NCBI GenBank assembly: GCA_002269645.1
Contig: NIVC01001031.1
Span: 11,045-75,044 of the forward strand
Reading direction: 5' to 3'
DNA length: 64,000 nucleotides
Origin: Macrostomum lignano
Lineage: Eukaryota
Shown here: one piece after another, positions 50,494 through 62,600 of the stretch
How positions within the stretch are numbered: the stretch's first letter is position 1
Layout: each line of letters begins with the position of its first letter
Notes under the pieces: model-generated
Seen by the model: the letters and a program-made list of their open reading frames with translations, nothing else
What the model was told of the DNA's origin: nothing
Databases searched by the model: none
Translations under genes and position numbers: made by a program

Positions 50494-53121
50494 GCTGACT
50501 GACTGACTGACTGACTGACTGACTGACTGACTGACTGACTGACTGACTGACTGACTGACTGACTGACTGACTGACTGACTGACTGACTGACTGACTGACT
50601 GACTGACACACTGACTGACTGACTGACTGACTGACTGACTGACTGACTGACTGACTGACTGACTGACTGACTGACTGACTGACTGACTGACTGACTGACT
50701 GACTGACTGACTGACTGACTGACTGACTGACTGACTGACTGACTGACTGACTGACTGACTGACTGACTGACACACTGACTGACTGACTGACTGACTGACT
50801 GACTGACTGACTGACTGACTGACTGACTGACTGACTGACTGACTGACTGACTGACTGACTGACTGACTGACTGACTGACTGACTGACTGACTGACTGACT
50901 GACTGACTTGAATGAGTGGGTGACTGACTGACTGACTGACTGACTGACTGACTGACTGACTGACTGACTGACTGACTGACTGACTGACTGACTTGAATGA
51001 GTGGGTGACTGACTGACTGACTGACTGACTGACTGACTGACTGACTGACTGACTTGAATGAGTGGGTGACTGACTGACTGACTGACTGACTGACTGACTG
51101 ACTGACTGACTGACTGACTGACTGACTGACTGACTGACTGACTGACTGACTGACTGACTGACTGACTGACTGACTGACTGACTGACTGACTTGAATGAGT
51201 GGGTGACTGACTGACTGACTGACTGACTGACTGACTGACTGACTGACTGACTGACTGACTGACTGACTGACTGACTGACTGACTGACTGACTGACTGACT
51301 GACTGACTGACTGACTGACTGACTGACTGACTGACTTGAATGAGTGGGTGACTGACTGACTGACTGACTGACTGACTGACTGACTGACTGACTGACTGAC
51401 TGACTGACTGACTGACTGACTGACTGACTGACTGACTGACTGACTGACTGACTTGAATGAGTGGGTGACTGACTGACTGACTGACTGACTGACTGACTGA
51501 CTGACTGACTGACTGACTGACTGACTGACTGACTGACTGACTGACTGACACACTGACTGACTGACTGACTGACTGACTGACTGACTGACTGACTGACTGA
51601 CTGACTGACTGACTGACTGACTGACTGACTGACTGACTGACTGACTGACTGACTGACTGACTGACTGACTGACTGACTAACTGACTGACTGACTGACTGA
51701 CTGACTGACTGACTGACTGACTGACTGACTGACTGACTGACTGACTGTCTGACTGACTGACTGACTGACTGACTGACTGACTGACTGACTGACTGACTGA
51801 CTGACTGACTGACTGACTGACTGACTGACTGTCTGACTGACTGACTGACTGACTGACTGACTGACTGACTGACTGACTGACTGACTGACTGACTGTCTGA
51901 CTGACTGACTGACTGACTGACTGACTGACTGACTGACTGACTGACTGACTGACTGACTGACTGACTTGAATGAGTGGGTGACTGACTGACTGACTGACTG
52001 ACTGACTGACTGACTGACTGACTGACTGACTGACTGACTGACTGACTGACTGACTGACTGACTGACTGACTGACTGACTGACTGACTGACTGACTGACTG
52101 ACTTGAATGAGTGGGTGACTGACTGACTGACTGACTGACTGACTGACTGACTGACTGACTGACTGACTGACTGACTTGAATGAGTGGGTGACTGACTGAC
52201 TGACTGACTGACTGACTGACTGACTGACTGACTGACTGACTGACTGACTGACTGACTGACTGACTGACTGACTGACTGACTTGAATGAGTGGGTGACTGA
52301 CTGACTGACTTGAGTGAGTGGGTGACTGACTGACTGACTGACTGACTGACTGACTGACTGACTTGAATGAGTGGGTGACTGACTGACTGACTTGAGTGAG
52401 TGGGTGACTGACTGACTGACTGACTGACTGACTGACTGACTGACTGACTGACTGACTGACTGACTGACTGACTGACTGACTGACTGACTGACTGACTGAC
52501 TGACTGACTGACTGACTGACTGACTGACTGACTGACTGACTGACTGACTTGAATGAGTGGGTGACTGACTGACTGACTGACTGACTGACTGACTGACTGA
52601 CTGACTGACTGACTGACTGACTGACTGACTGACTGACTGACTGACTGACTGACTGACTGACTGACTGACTGACTGACTGACTGACTGACTGACTGACTGA
52701 CTGACTGACTGACTGACTGACTGACTGACTGACTGACTGACTTGAATGAGTGGGTGACTGACTGACTGACTGACTGACTGACTGACTGACTGACTGACTG
52801 ACTGACTGACTGACTGACTGACTGACTGACTGACTGACTGACTTGAATGAGTGGGTGACTGACTGACTGACTGACTGACTGACTGACTAACTGACTGACT
52901 GACTGACTTGAATGAGTGGGTGACTGACTGACTGACTGACTGACTGACTGACTAACTGACTGACTAACTGACTGACTGACTGACTGACTGACTGACTGAC
53001 TGACTGACTGACTGACTGACTGACTGACTGACTGACTGACTGACTGACTGACTGACTGACTGACTGACTGACTGACTGACTGACTGACTGACTGACTGAC
53101 TGACTGACTGACTGACTGACT

Positions 53122-53172
<51 letters not shown>

Positions 53173-53218
53173 TGACTGACTGACTGACTGACTGACTGAC
53201 TGACACACTGACTGACTG
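50494..53218. repeat. (GACT)n microsatellite, 2.7 kb, with recurrent TGAATGAGTGGG interruptions
   Basis: Direct reading. Confidence 0.97.
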
Positions 53219-53902
53219 GTTAGCAATGAGATTTCGAGGCTGACAGGAGAAATTGCTGCGAAGTCAAGGCTGAAAGGTCAGAGGCGACATGTATAGCTTA
53301 GTCAAAAAACTTTCCATTCTTTGTTTCCTACCCCACGCTGATTGCTGGTAAACAAGTAAATATGCTAGTGAATCAAGCTTGAATGGCAGTTGACAGTAAT
53401 AGATGTAAAAATATTTTTCAAAAACAGTAATTAGTTTTTCTGTTTATTTTCCAGATTGTTCTCTCAGAAAAGTTGCATCCATAGCGTGCAAAAATAGCAT
53501 ACGAGTGTAATAGCTAAGCACTGCTATTACACTCGGGTAGGGGTCTGTGATAGGGGTCGATAAATGCGCAGTTTAACTAAGCTATCCAAGCTTTGCACTC
53601 ACATGTCGACGCAGATAGTAGATGCTTAAAATAGGTAGGTGCACAAACTGGATAGAATTGATTGAGTACTCAGGTGGTAGAGATGGGAGAATAGGAGAGA
53701 AAGAAAGGCCAGGCCAGCGTACTGAGTGGCCTGGTTTACTGGCCAACCCACACCCAATTGCAATGGGAAGGTCTCTGTCCCATTAGATTATATATACTCG
53801 TATATTAGAGGTTATGTCAACTATAACATCTTGTATAAACTGCATCTACAATTCAGCATTGAAAACGGACGATGATGTTGATTCCAGCCTCCATCTCTAG
53901 CT

Positions 53903-54693
53903 ATGCTTCTTGTTCTAACCGGCGCCTGCTTGAATCTGCCTGACGCTGGCGCTGCGCCAACAAGCTGCGAGTCCAGCTGCCCGGTCTACATCAGAGAGCC
54001 AACACCAGTCTGTGGCGACGGCAAAGAGTACATGGACGAGTGTCGGGCCAAGTGCGCCGGAGCCAAGGTCATCGCCAAAGGCCCCTGTCCGAATATTAAT
54101 CCGGCTTGTACCTGCTTGGCAGTCTACGACCCGGTGTGCGGAGATGGCAAGGACTACGGCAACAATTGCTTGGCTCGGTGCGCCGGCGCCAAGGTCATCT
54201 CAAAAGGCCCCTGTCCGACTCCGAAGCCGTGTGTCTGTCCGGAAATTTACCAGCCGGTTTGCGGCGACGGCAAAGACTACAGCAACGAATGCTTTGCCCG
54301 ATGCGCCGACGCAAAAGTCATCTCGTCTGGCACCTGTCCGACTGAGTCACCTGGCTGCATCTGCCCCATGATCTACGACCCTGTCTGCGGCTCTGACGGT
54401 CGCGCCTATTCAAATGGTTGCGCAGCCGCTTGCGCCAGTGTTAAAGTGGTCTACTTCGTTGTGAGTGTCGGAACTGTCCGAAAATCTACAAGCCAGTGTG
54501 CGGCAGCGATGGCGAGACCTACCAGAACGCTTGCCAGGCCAAGTGCTCCGGCGTGAAGAAAATCTCTCAGGGCACCTGCGGCTGCGTTTGCCCGCTAGTC
54601 TACGCGCCAGTGTGCGCCGAAGGCAAGACCTACGGCAACGAGTGCGAGGCCAACTGCGCCGGAGTGAAGAATGCCGACTCTGGCGAGTGCTAA
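53903..54693 (+). pseudogene. Multi-Kazal inhibitor 5 (6 domains), frameshift at ~54458
   Basis: Kazal frame shifts at TACTTCGT|TGTGAG; domains 5-6 continue in another frame to TAA 54693. Confidence 0.82.
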
Positions 54694-55359
54694 ATCGTGG
54701 ATTCTTGTTTCCCGGAAACACTGCTACGAGCGTAAACGATCTCTTGCAATGCACTTATAAATCTTTAAGGTTGAAAGAAGCGAATGCTCTATTTTTTTCA
54801 AAATTTATTTTTTTAACCTAATAATCGGTGAATACAGACTAAAAAATGAATGCCAGCCGCAAAACCATACCCGTAAAAAAGAATATAATTGAAATATGGT
54901 AATCTAGCACATTTATCAAATACCAACATCGATAATGTAGACCCCGAGAATGTAGAATTCTTGTAGATAAAGAACTGTAGACCCTGATACAGTTCTTGTA
55001 TCCAAATATCAAAATAGCTTTTTCAGATTGGTAGCTTTGTACATACTTTATATGTATGTATTCATGAAGTCCATCTTGAAGTTTATTTACGATGCCTCAA
55101 ATTATTTGGATTTTCAAACGTTTTCACCTACCTTTAACATTAATTGCCAATAAAGTCGCAAAACGCCTCTCAAATTAATAACAAGAGCTTGTCGCAAGGT
55201 TATAATTAACTCGTATGGTCACTATAGACAAATATGATAGGAAGAAACCTGCATTTTAGATCAATAAAATTTGGCCAGCTTTATGCGAATGTACAGTGCA
55301 TGAGACACGAGAAACTTGTGAGTATTAAAAAACAGTTTGAAAAAGTTCATTTCTGTCAG

Positions 55360-56063
55360 GTGTCTCCCCTTCATCCTTTCCTCGGACTCCAGGTACGACT
55401 GACTTCGGTTTCGGGCAAAGGCAGAGGGTCATGCACCTGTTTTTGTACGTTTTCTCGCCATTAACGCACACCGGTTTATAGACGTCGGCAGGGCCCGCGC
55501 GATGTGCAGGTGACGCCGGCGCACCTAGCGAAGCACATGTTGCTGTAAGTGACACCATCGCTTCCGCAGACCGGCAGATAGTACCTCGGACAGGAGCACA
55601 GACATGGCCCATCAACGATTTCCTCGGCTCCTGCACAGCGGGCCAAGCACTCGTTTCCGTAGTCTTTGCCGTCTCCGCACACAGGCTTGTAAATCAGTGG
55701 GCAGAGACACGGCGGCTTCTTAGTCGGGCAAGGACCGTCGACAATATATACGGCCCCGTCGCAACGAGCCATGCACTCGTTGCCGTAGTCCTTGCCGTCT
55801 CCGCACACAGGCTTGTAGATTTCCGGACAGACGCACGGCGTCTTCTTCGTTGGCCTAGTCGTTGTCGTCGGACAAGGGACAACCTCAGCGCCAGCGCACT
55901 TGGCGTGGCACTCGTCGTAGTACTTTCTTCCGTCGGCCCCGCATACGGGATCAGGAGCTCGAACGTACACTGGACAGCTTGACTCGCACGAAGGCTTTTT
56001 TTTAGCCTCGGAGCTCTGGCAGATGAACGAAAGACCCAGCAGAACTGGGACGAGTCGAATCAT
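55360..56063 (-). pseudogene. Multi-Kazal inhibitor 6, paralog of gene 4; 26-nt deletion truncates it after domain 4 (stop at 55476)
   Basis: Alignment with gene 4 shows the 26-nt deletion and a further 4-nt deletion near the old stop; the 4-domain product could still be made. Confidence 0.82.
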
Positions 56064-56648
56064 TGCCATTCGAAAAATAATTGTCACGAGTTTAGTCTTG
56101 GCATTTTTTTTCCGCGTCCCGACGTCCCGATGTAGGGTGAATTTTTTACCCTATTGTCAGTGACGTATATATAGATTTCAATGCGGGTAAACATGTTTTG
56201 GTAAAATTTTGGAATGTTTTTCTTGTCACCCGTTTGGCGTTGTTTTGGTTGACAGTTAAAATTACAAGCAGATCTAGGGTTCGGCCTGTCGTGCTTGCTT
56301 TTCGGACATGGGACCGAAGTCGCAAAACAATAGCTTGAAACATGCAGCTTCTTGCAAGTAAAATTTTTGTTTTTTTTCGGTTTTGCATAACAGAATCCAT
56401 TGTTCTGTTTGAGGCTGTACTTAGATAACCCGAAAGTTAGAGAAGGTAGAGTTTGGGGTTAGGGTCTAGGGCTAGTTGTCTTTGAAGCCGAGTTTATATT
56501 CGAGCCTTCATTTTGACTAAAAATGGAATCTTAACGAAGTATTGAGAAGCAAGTGACTGTATATTAAAAAGCAGTGCAAAACAATGCAGCGAGTCACATC
56601 TCAAACTCAACTATCCTTCTCAAACTGTTCCACCTGTTGGATTGCAAT

Positions 56649-57681
56649 ATGCTACCCGCGGCACTGGAAGCTCACGTGTATCGGCTGCGGTTCTGTTGAC
56701 CATTTGCTACTTTCAGCTGATGCTGCATCCATCGCAGTCTACTGTAGCCCTTGCAGCATCTACAGCAGATCAGACTACCATGAACTTTCCCATCCTACCC
56801 TTAGTAGGGCCTATAAAGTCAAATGAGTCAAAAACTACTATTGATTCTGTGCATTTTTACAGGACATCAATAACTATATCGGACGTAACTTACTGCATTA
56901 GCTGCTCTGGTAGACCCTACGTGTGCAACATTGTAGACAGTTACTACACCTGTACAGGGTTGAGATCTGGTGAATTGCACAATGCCAGTGTGTTAGCACA
57001 GGCTTAAGGCTATCTGGATGGCCCAGCTAGCAGTGTAAATGCAAAGACACGTAAGTGGACATAGCAATTTAGCGACCCTTGACTGTTTTTAATCGTCGAG
57101 CATGTGTAGACACTCTGTAAAAACCCGAATTACGGTGACCGGGTGTGTAATCGAACCCAGTCGCCGCTTTGTCCAGCTCCCTCCTTTGCAAAAGTTTATT
57201 TCAGTGTTCAGTAAAGCATCCTGATCATTAGTTAGGGTTTAATACGATTTAAAGCAACAACAACAAGAAAAATGATATCTGTAAACATTGTCTACATTTA
57301 GTTATTTAGACGCGTGTTAAAATTGATTTGAACCATGTGGACCTTAAGCTTCTACTTAGACAGACAGTTAATAAATGGATAACTCAGAAAATGCAGACTA
57401 TGCAAGCAATTTTACGCAACGGAGGTGTGGAAGATTTTTACAGCCTAAGGAGTGTCAAGGCAGGTGAGCGGAGGGTTGCAGGGCGCAGGACAGAGGGGCT
57501 GTCTTTGGGGTGGGTGTTGAAAGCCAATTAGTAGATGCCGACTGTCCATTGCTCTGATTTCGCAGCAAACCGACGGTGCGGCCTTTGCATTAGTTTTACA
57601 AGCGTTAATCTGCGTGAGACACGTCTTGTCTTTGAACACTTTCACTTTTAGTCTGTTCCAGTGGTCGCTCCCGTGGCTTCT
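56649..57681 (+). pseudogene. Decayed paralog of the FN3-repeat gene (exon 56649-57050; 20-nt stub of exon 2 at 57662)
   Basis: Colinear with 59037-59451; frameshift after ATG; in-frame TAA at 57005; stub identical to 61097-61116. Confidence 0.82.
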
Positions 57682-57689
57682 GGGGAAGG

Positions 57690-58065
57690 AGATCTAGGAG
57701 TGGGGATCTGGGAGTGGGATCTGGGAGTGGGATCTGGGAGTGGGATCTGGGAGTGGGGATCTGGGAGTGGGGATCTGGGAGTGGGATCTGGGAGTGGGGA
57801 TCTGGGAGTGGGGATCTGGGAGTGGGGATCTGGGAGTGGGGATCTGGGAGTGGGGATCTGGGAGTGGGGATCTGGGAGTGGGGATCTGGGAGTGGGGATC
57901 TGGGAGTGGGGATCTGGGAGTGGGGATCTGGGAGTGGGCATCTGGGAGTGGGGGTCTGGGAGTGGGGATCTGGGAGTGGGCATCTGGGAGTGGGGGTCTG
58001 GGAGTTGGGATCTGGGAGTTGGGGTCTGGGAGTTGGGATCTGGGGGTGGGGATCTAGGATTTTAG
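57690..58065. repeat. 14-bp G-rich minisatellite (GGGGATCTGGGAGT)
   Basis: Direct reading. Confidence 0.94.
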
Positions 58066-58489
58066 GACTCAGGATTTTTAGGATTTAGGATTTTTCTAAG
58101 TTTATTAGAAAGCCTTGAGCAGTAAAACAACAATTATTTGCTTACAAATTTTCATACCATATTAAAGAATTCAGTGATTCATTATCACATTTTATTAACA
58201 TTGTTGATAGTCTAGAATGAATAGTTACGTATCTATTATTATAAATTCAGTCATAAAGGTCATCGACTCACATTTTCAATTTGAAGGTTGTTCTGAAAGG
58301 TCCTCTTCAATTGGGGCTTGCATACGCTATTTCGATTAAGCATGAGCTATCCAGACTCAGCAGTGGGGCTCGGCTACCTCACAACTGTTTGTACTTTTAG
58401 TGTTAGACATGCAGGCATCGGTGTTAAATTTGCTAACTGTACTTTATTTGTATACGACTGGACATAATTCAATCAGTGCTCAGGCTCAG

Positions 58490-58605
58490 AGTCTGAGGCT
58501 CTGGATGATGGCACCAGGGCTCAAATGTTTCGAGCAGTCGTTGAGACCATTTTGCTCCACGTGAACGCGGCGACATGAACCCTGACGGATGCCTTGGAGA
58601 AGCAT
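58490..58605 (+). mobile_element. degenerate non-LTR retrotransposon (RTE-like) RT C-terminal fragment
   Basis: DGTRAQMFRAVVETILLHVNAAT*TLTDALEK resembles the LINE motif L(F/Y)RA.V..LLY..ETWTLT...E. Confidence 0.6.
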
Positions 58606-58781
58606 GGTGCTCTGGTTGAGCGCGTACAGATTGAGGTAGCCCCACCCCCCCCCCCCCTAATTCACGGGGCCAATTAGGTTTTCCGTAGCCCACCTCATCC
58701 AGTTTCCGCACTGCACTCTCTTTCGCTGCCGTAAGAAGAGAATCGCACTAAATAAAAAACTGACGCAGAACTTCGACTGCA

Positions 58782-58835
<54 letters not shown>

Positions 58836-59036
58836 TTCACCTCTCTCATATGCCTTAGTTATATTCTAGCACCGCGTTTCCGTGTTGATAAGAATTTTAG
58901 AAATTGCGGTTTTTCCTTTAACCCCCCTTTGTTGTGCTTAAGTTTTTTACCAAAAAATCTTTGCAGCAATAGCAAAGGTATCTTGGTGGTTTGCCAACGG
59001 AAGACGCACTTTCCAGATTCTCCCTTCTCTGTTGCT

Positions 59037-62008
59037 ATGCCAACTCCTGCCAGTAGTTCGCGGGTGTCAGCAGTGCTGCTTCTGCTGACAGTCTGCGGTT
59101 TGACGGTCCTACAGTTGGCGAAAGCGTCGACAACGGACGCACCAGCGGCAACTACGGAGGCGCCTACGACAGCTCCGACAACGACAATTCCAACTCTACC
59201 GCCGGTGACCGATCTCAAACCGGATGCGGCAAGAGCCTCAGTAGATTCGGTGTATTTTTCATGGACGCCTGTGTCAGCAGCAGACGCCTCATACTGTGTC
59301 AACTGCTCGGGAAAGCCTGGTGAATGCAACATCACCGCCAGTAACTATACCTGTACCGGTTTGAGCTCCGGCGCAGAGCACAGCGTGTCAGTCATAGCAC
59401 AAGCTCCAGGACATCTGGACAGCCCGCCCAGCAACGCCACAGGCAAAACTCGTGAGTGAAGCTTCTTGGTCAAATACTTGGAAACAGCGCTGACATCAAT
59501 TGTAGTTGGCTCTTGACTATTGTCATCTCGGACACATTTTCTCTTTGAGATTTTGAAACTTAGCAACCCCATTTTTGAGCAAATGTCTTCCTATGACAGA
59601 TGTGTTAAAACAGAACGGCTCACTAAGAGAAACGCAAAGACACACTAGTACAGGCACTGACACACTAAGACAGACACTGTGACACACTAAGACACACTGT
59701 GACACACTAAAGCAGACACTGGCACACTAAAGCAGACACTGTGACGCACTAAGACAGACACTGTGACACACTAAGACAGACACTGTGACACACTAAGACA
59801 GACACTGTGACACACTAAGACAGACACTGTGACACACTAAGACAGAAACTGTGACACACTAAGACAGACACTGTGACACACTAAGACAGACACTGTGACA
59901 CACTAAGACAGACACTGTGACACACTAAGACAGACACTGTGACACACTAAGACAGACACTGTGACACACTAAGACAGACACTGTGACGCACTAAGACAGA
60001 CACTGTGACACACTAAGACAGACACTGTGACACACTAAGACAGACACTGTGACACACTAAGACAGACACTGTGATACACTAAGACAGACACTGTGACACA
60101 CTAAGACAGACACTGTGACACACTAAGACAGACACTGTGACGCACTAAGACAGAAACTGTGACACACTAAGACAGACACTGTGACACACTAAGACAGACA
60201 CTGTGATACACTAAGACAGACACTGTGACACTAAGACAGACACTGTGACACACTAAGACAGACACTGTGACACACTAAGACAGACACTGTGACACACTAA
60301 GACAGACACTGTGACACACTAAGACAGACACTGTGACACACTAAGACAGACACTGTGACACTAAGACAGACACTGTGACACACTAAGACAGACACTGTGA
60401 CACACTAAGACAGACACTGTGATACACTAAGACAGACACTGTGACACACTAAGACAGACACTGTGATACACTAAGACAGACACTGTGACACACTAAGACA
60501 GACACTGTGATACACTAAGACAGACACTGTGACACACTAAGACAGACACTGTGACACACTAAGACAGACACTGTGACGCACTAAGACAGACACTGTGACA
60601 CACTAAGACAGACACTGTGACACACTGTGAAATTTTCTAAAGAACTCTGCATTTCGAGTCATCGACAGCTTTGCTATACTCCGATTTTGTGTTTGCAACT
60701 CTGTCAGGTTTTGATGCTAAAAGCTGCTTCAAAACTTTTTAATTTTGTTTAGAATTTACAGTTAAATACTTGAATAGTTTGACAGCATCTTTTATTTAGC
60801 GCCTTGTTATCTATTTTTACCAATAGTACATGTAAGATGAAATGGAATGATGATGAAGACAGCAGGTTGTGATTCTGATTGCTAAGGAGCGTAAGATGTA
60901 CAGACTGTCTGTATAAGATTGCTGTTGCATTCGGAATGACTGTATGTTTACACCTTTCTACAGTTTGTATCAGACAGTTATTAACTTACTATACGCTGAA
61001 GACACTGCAGTCAGTGAATAAGTATGAGCAGTATTAGAATAACTATCGCTGTATTTAAAAATGCACATTTGTACACCTTGTTTGATTTGCTTCCAGTGGT
61101 CGCTCCCGTGGCTTCTGTCACCGTGACGGGCTCCAACGTGAACTGTCTTGATGTAGAGTGGCCAGCCTCCAATACATCATATGTGACATACCAGCTCACC
61201 TGTGGCTCCAATCCTCCGATTGATGCTGGGGAACAGCTGAAAGGCAGATGCTGCGGTCTGCAGTCGGGAGAGAACCTCACAGCAATGTTGTTGTGGTTAA
61301 GCCTGGCTTTAACAACAGCTCTCCCGCCATACAGTGGGACAGACTCGTGAGTTTTCACACCCGATGTTCTTGCCTCATTGCCGTGGCATTTTTTGTTCAA
61401 AATGTTAAGTTGAACCTAGCAACGGCTTTGCAGTTAGTCTGTAGAAATCGAAATTTAAACTCAAGGAAAGTTTCAACGAGTGCAATCATGGCACAAGAGT
61501 GCATTGTATTCATTTACGTGTTTCATGGGTAATTTTTGTGACCTGGCTTCTTCGATATTGCCGTGAGGCTTCCAACGTGCATGTGACCTACTGTCATTTT
61601 ACAGAGCACTTATGAAAGTTTAATTATTGACATGAATGTCCCAACTTACCAGGGATCTTTTAAATAGTATTTGTTATGTATCTGCTAGCCTTTTCGATAC
61701 AGGATTTGATCTCTTCTAACTGACCTTATTTGTCACACGAACTGCAACCCCGGTTTCAGTGGTGTCACCCGTGGCTTCTGTCACCGTGACGGGCTCCAAC
61801 GAGACCTGTCTTGATTTAGACTGGCCAGCCTCCAACACATCGGGTGTGGCATACCAGCTTGACTGTGGGTCAGGTGCAATTGGAGTGGACTCAGGAACCT
61901 CAGGCTCCTGCTGCGGTCTGCAGTCGGGAAAGAGACACCCAGTGACTGTTGCTGTTGTCAAGGCTGGCTTTCCTAAGAGCTCTGCCGCCAGCACAGTCGG
62001 ACAGACAC
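59037..62008 (+). CDS. Signal-peptide protein with Thr-rich stalk and Cys-containing FN3 repeats; exons 59037-59451, 61097-61346 (two 1-nt deletions), 61760-62008; probably 3'-incomplete
   Basis: FN3 hallmarks (P-V-x-x-V/L, W, Y, GLxxG, V-x-V, terminal T); one domain per phase-1 exon; canonical AG/GT. Confidence 0.78.
59670..60630. repeat. 22-bp intronic minisatellite (GACAGACACTGTGACACACTAA)
   Basis: Direct reading. Confidence 0.96.
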
Positions 62009-62292
62009 GTGAGTATCATTGATACTTGAAAAATAAATTAGTTTTCGTCTTGACTCAGGGCTGAGAAAAGCGGTAGCTAGCTATTCAGAGTTATTTTAAA
62101 AATGTTAGAACTTATTGTATGTTATATCTAGAGATCAGATATAAAATGGGTATTGAAATTATGTTTTTTTACAAATTTATCTTATCTAGTTTTATAACTC
62201 ACAGAAGTTCACCGTAAGAGCAATGTGTTTTGTCAGAAGGCGGTAACTATTTTGCTCCAGAATTAACCGTTTTTTTTAGATTACATTTTAAA

Positions 62293-62600
62293 GGGGGCCG
62301 TAGCCCAGTGGTCAGCGCGGCTCTGATGTGCCAGCGGCCCAGGCTCGATTGCAAGTGCAGTCACATTAATTTGAAGATAAATTGAAATATCGGCTTGGGT
62401 CTGCTTGTGCAATTAGCATTAAGCAATCGCCTAACGATAAATAAAGTTAGAGCCGCTGTGCACTTCTCTGTGAGTGTGTGCCTGTGCATATGACTGCGTA
62501 CGTATCCGCGCGCTTTGTGTGCCTGCTCAGGGGAGTCGGCGGAATGGGCAGTAATGCCTCTCGCCGGTTGTGTGACAAATGTCGCTTGAAGTTCTTAAAG
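62293..62600 (+). mobile_element. possible second tRNA-headed SINE
   Basis: A-box-like TAGCCCAGTGG and degenerate B box GGCTCGATTGC; 3' limit uncertain. Confidence 0.35.

Noticed and set aside
50431-53226. 931-aa SQSV ORF
   Set aside because: Reverse translation of (GACT)n, which lacks stops on that strand
54458-54470. GTGAGT as an intron donor rescuing Kazal gene 5
   Set aside because: Those bases encode the Cys residues of the next domain; no room for an intron
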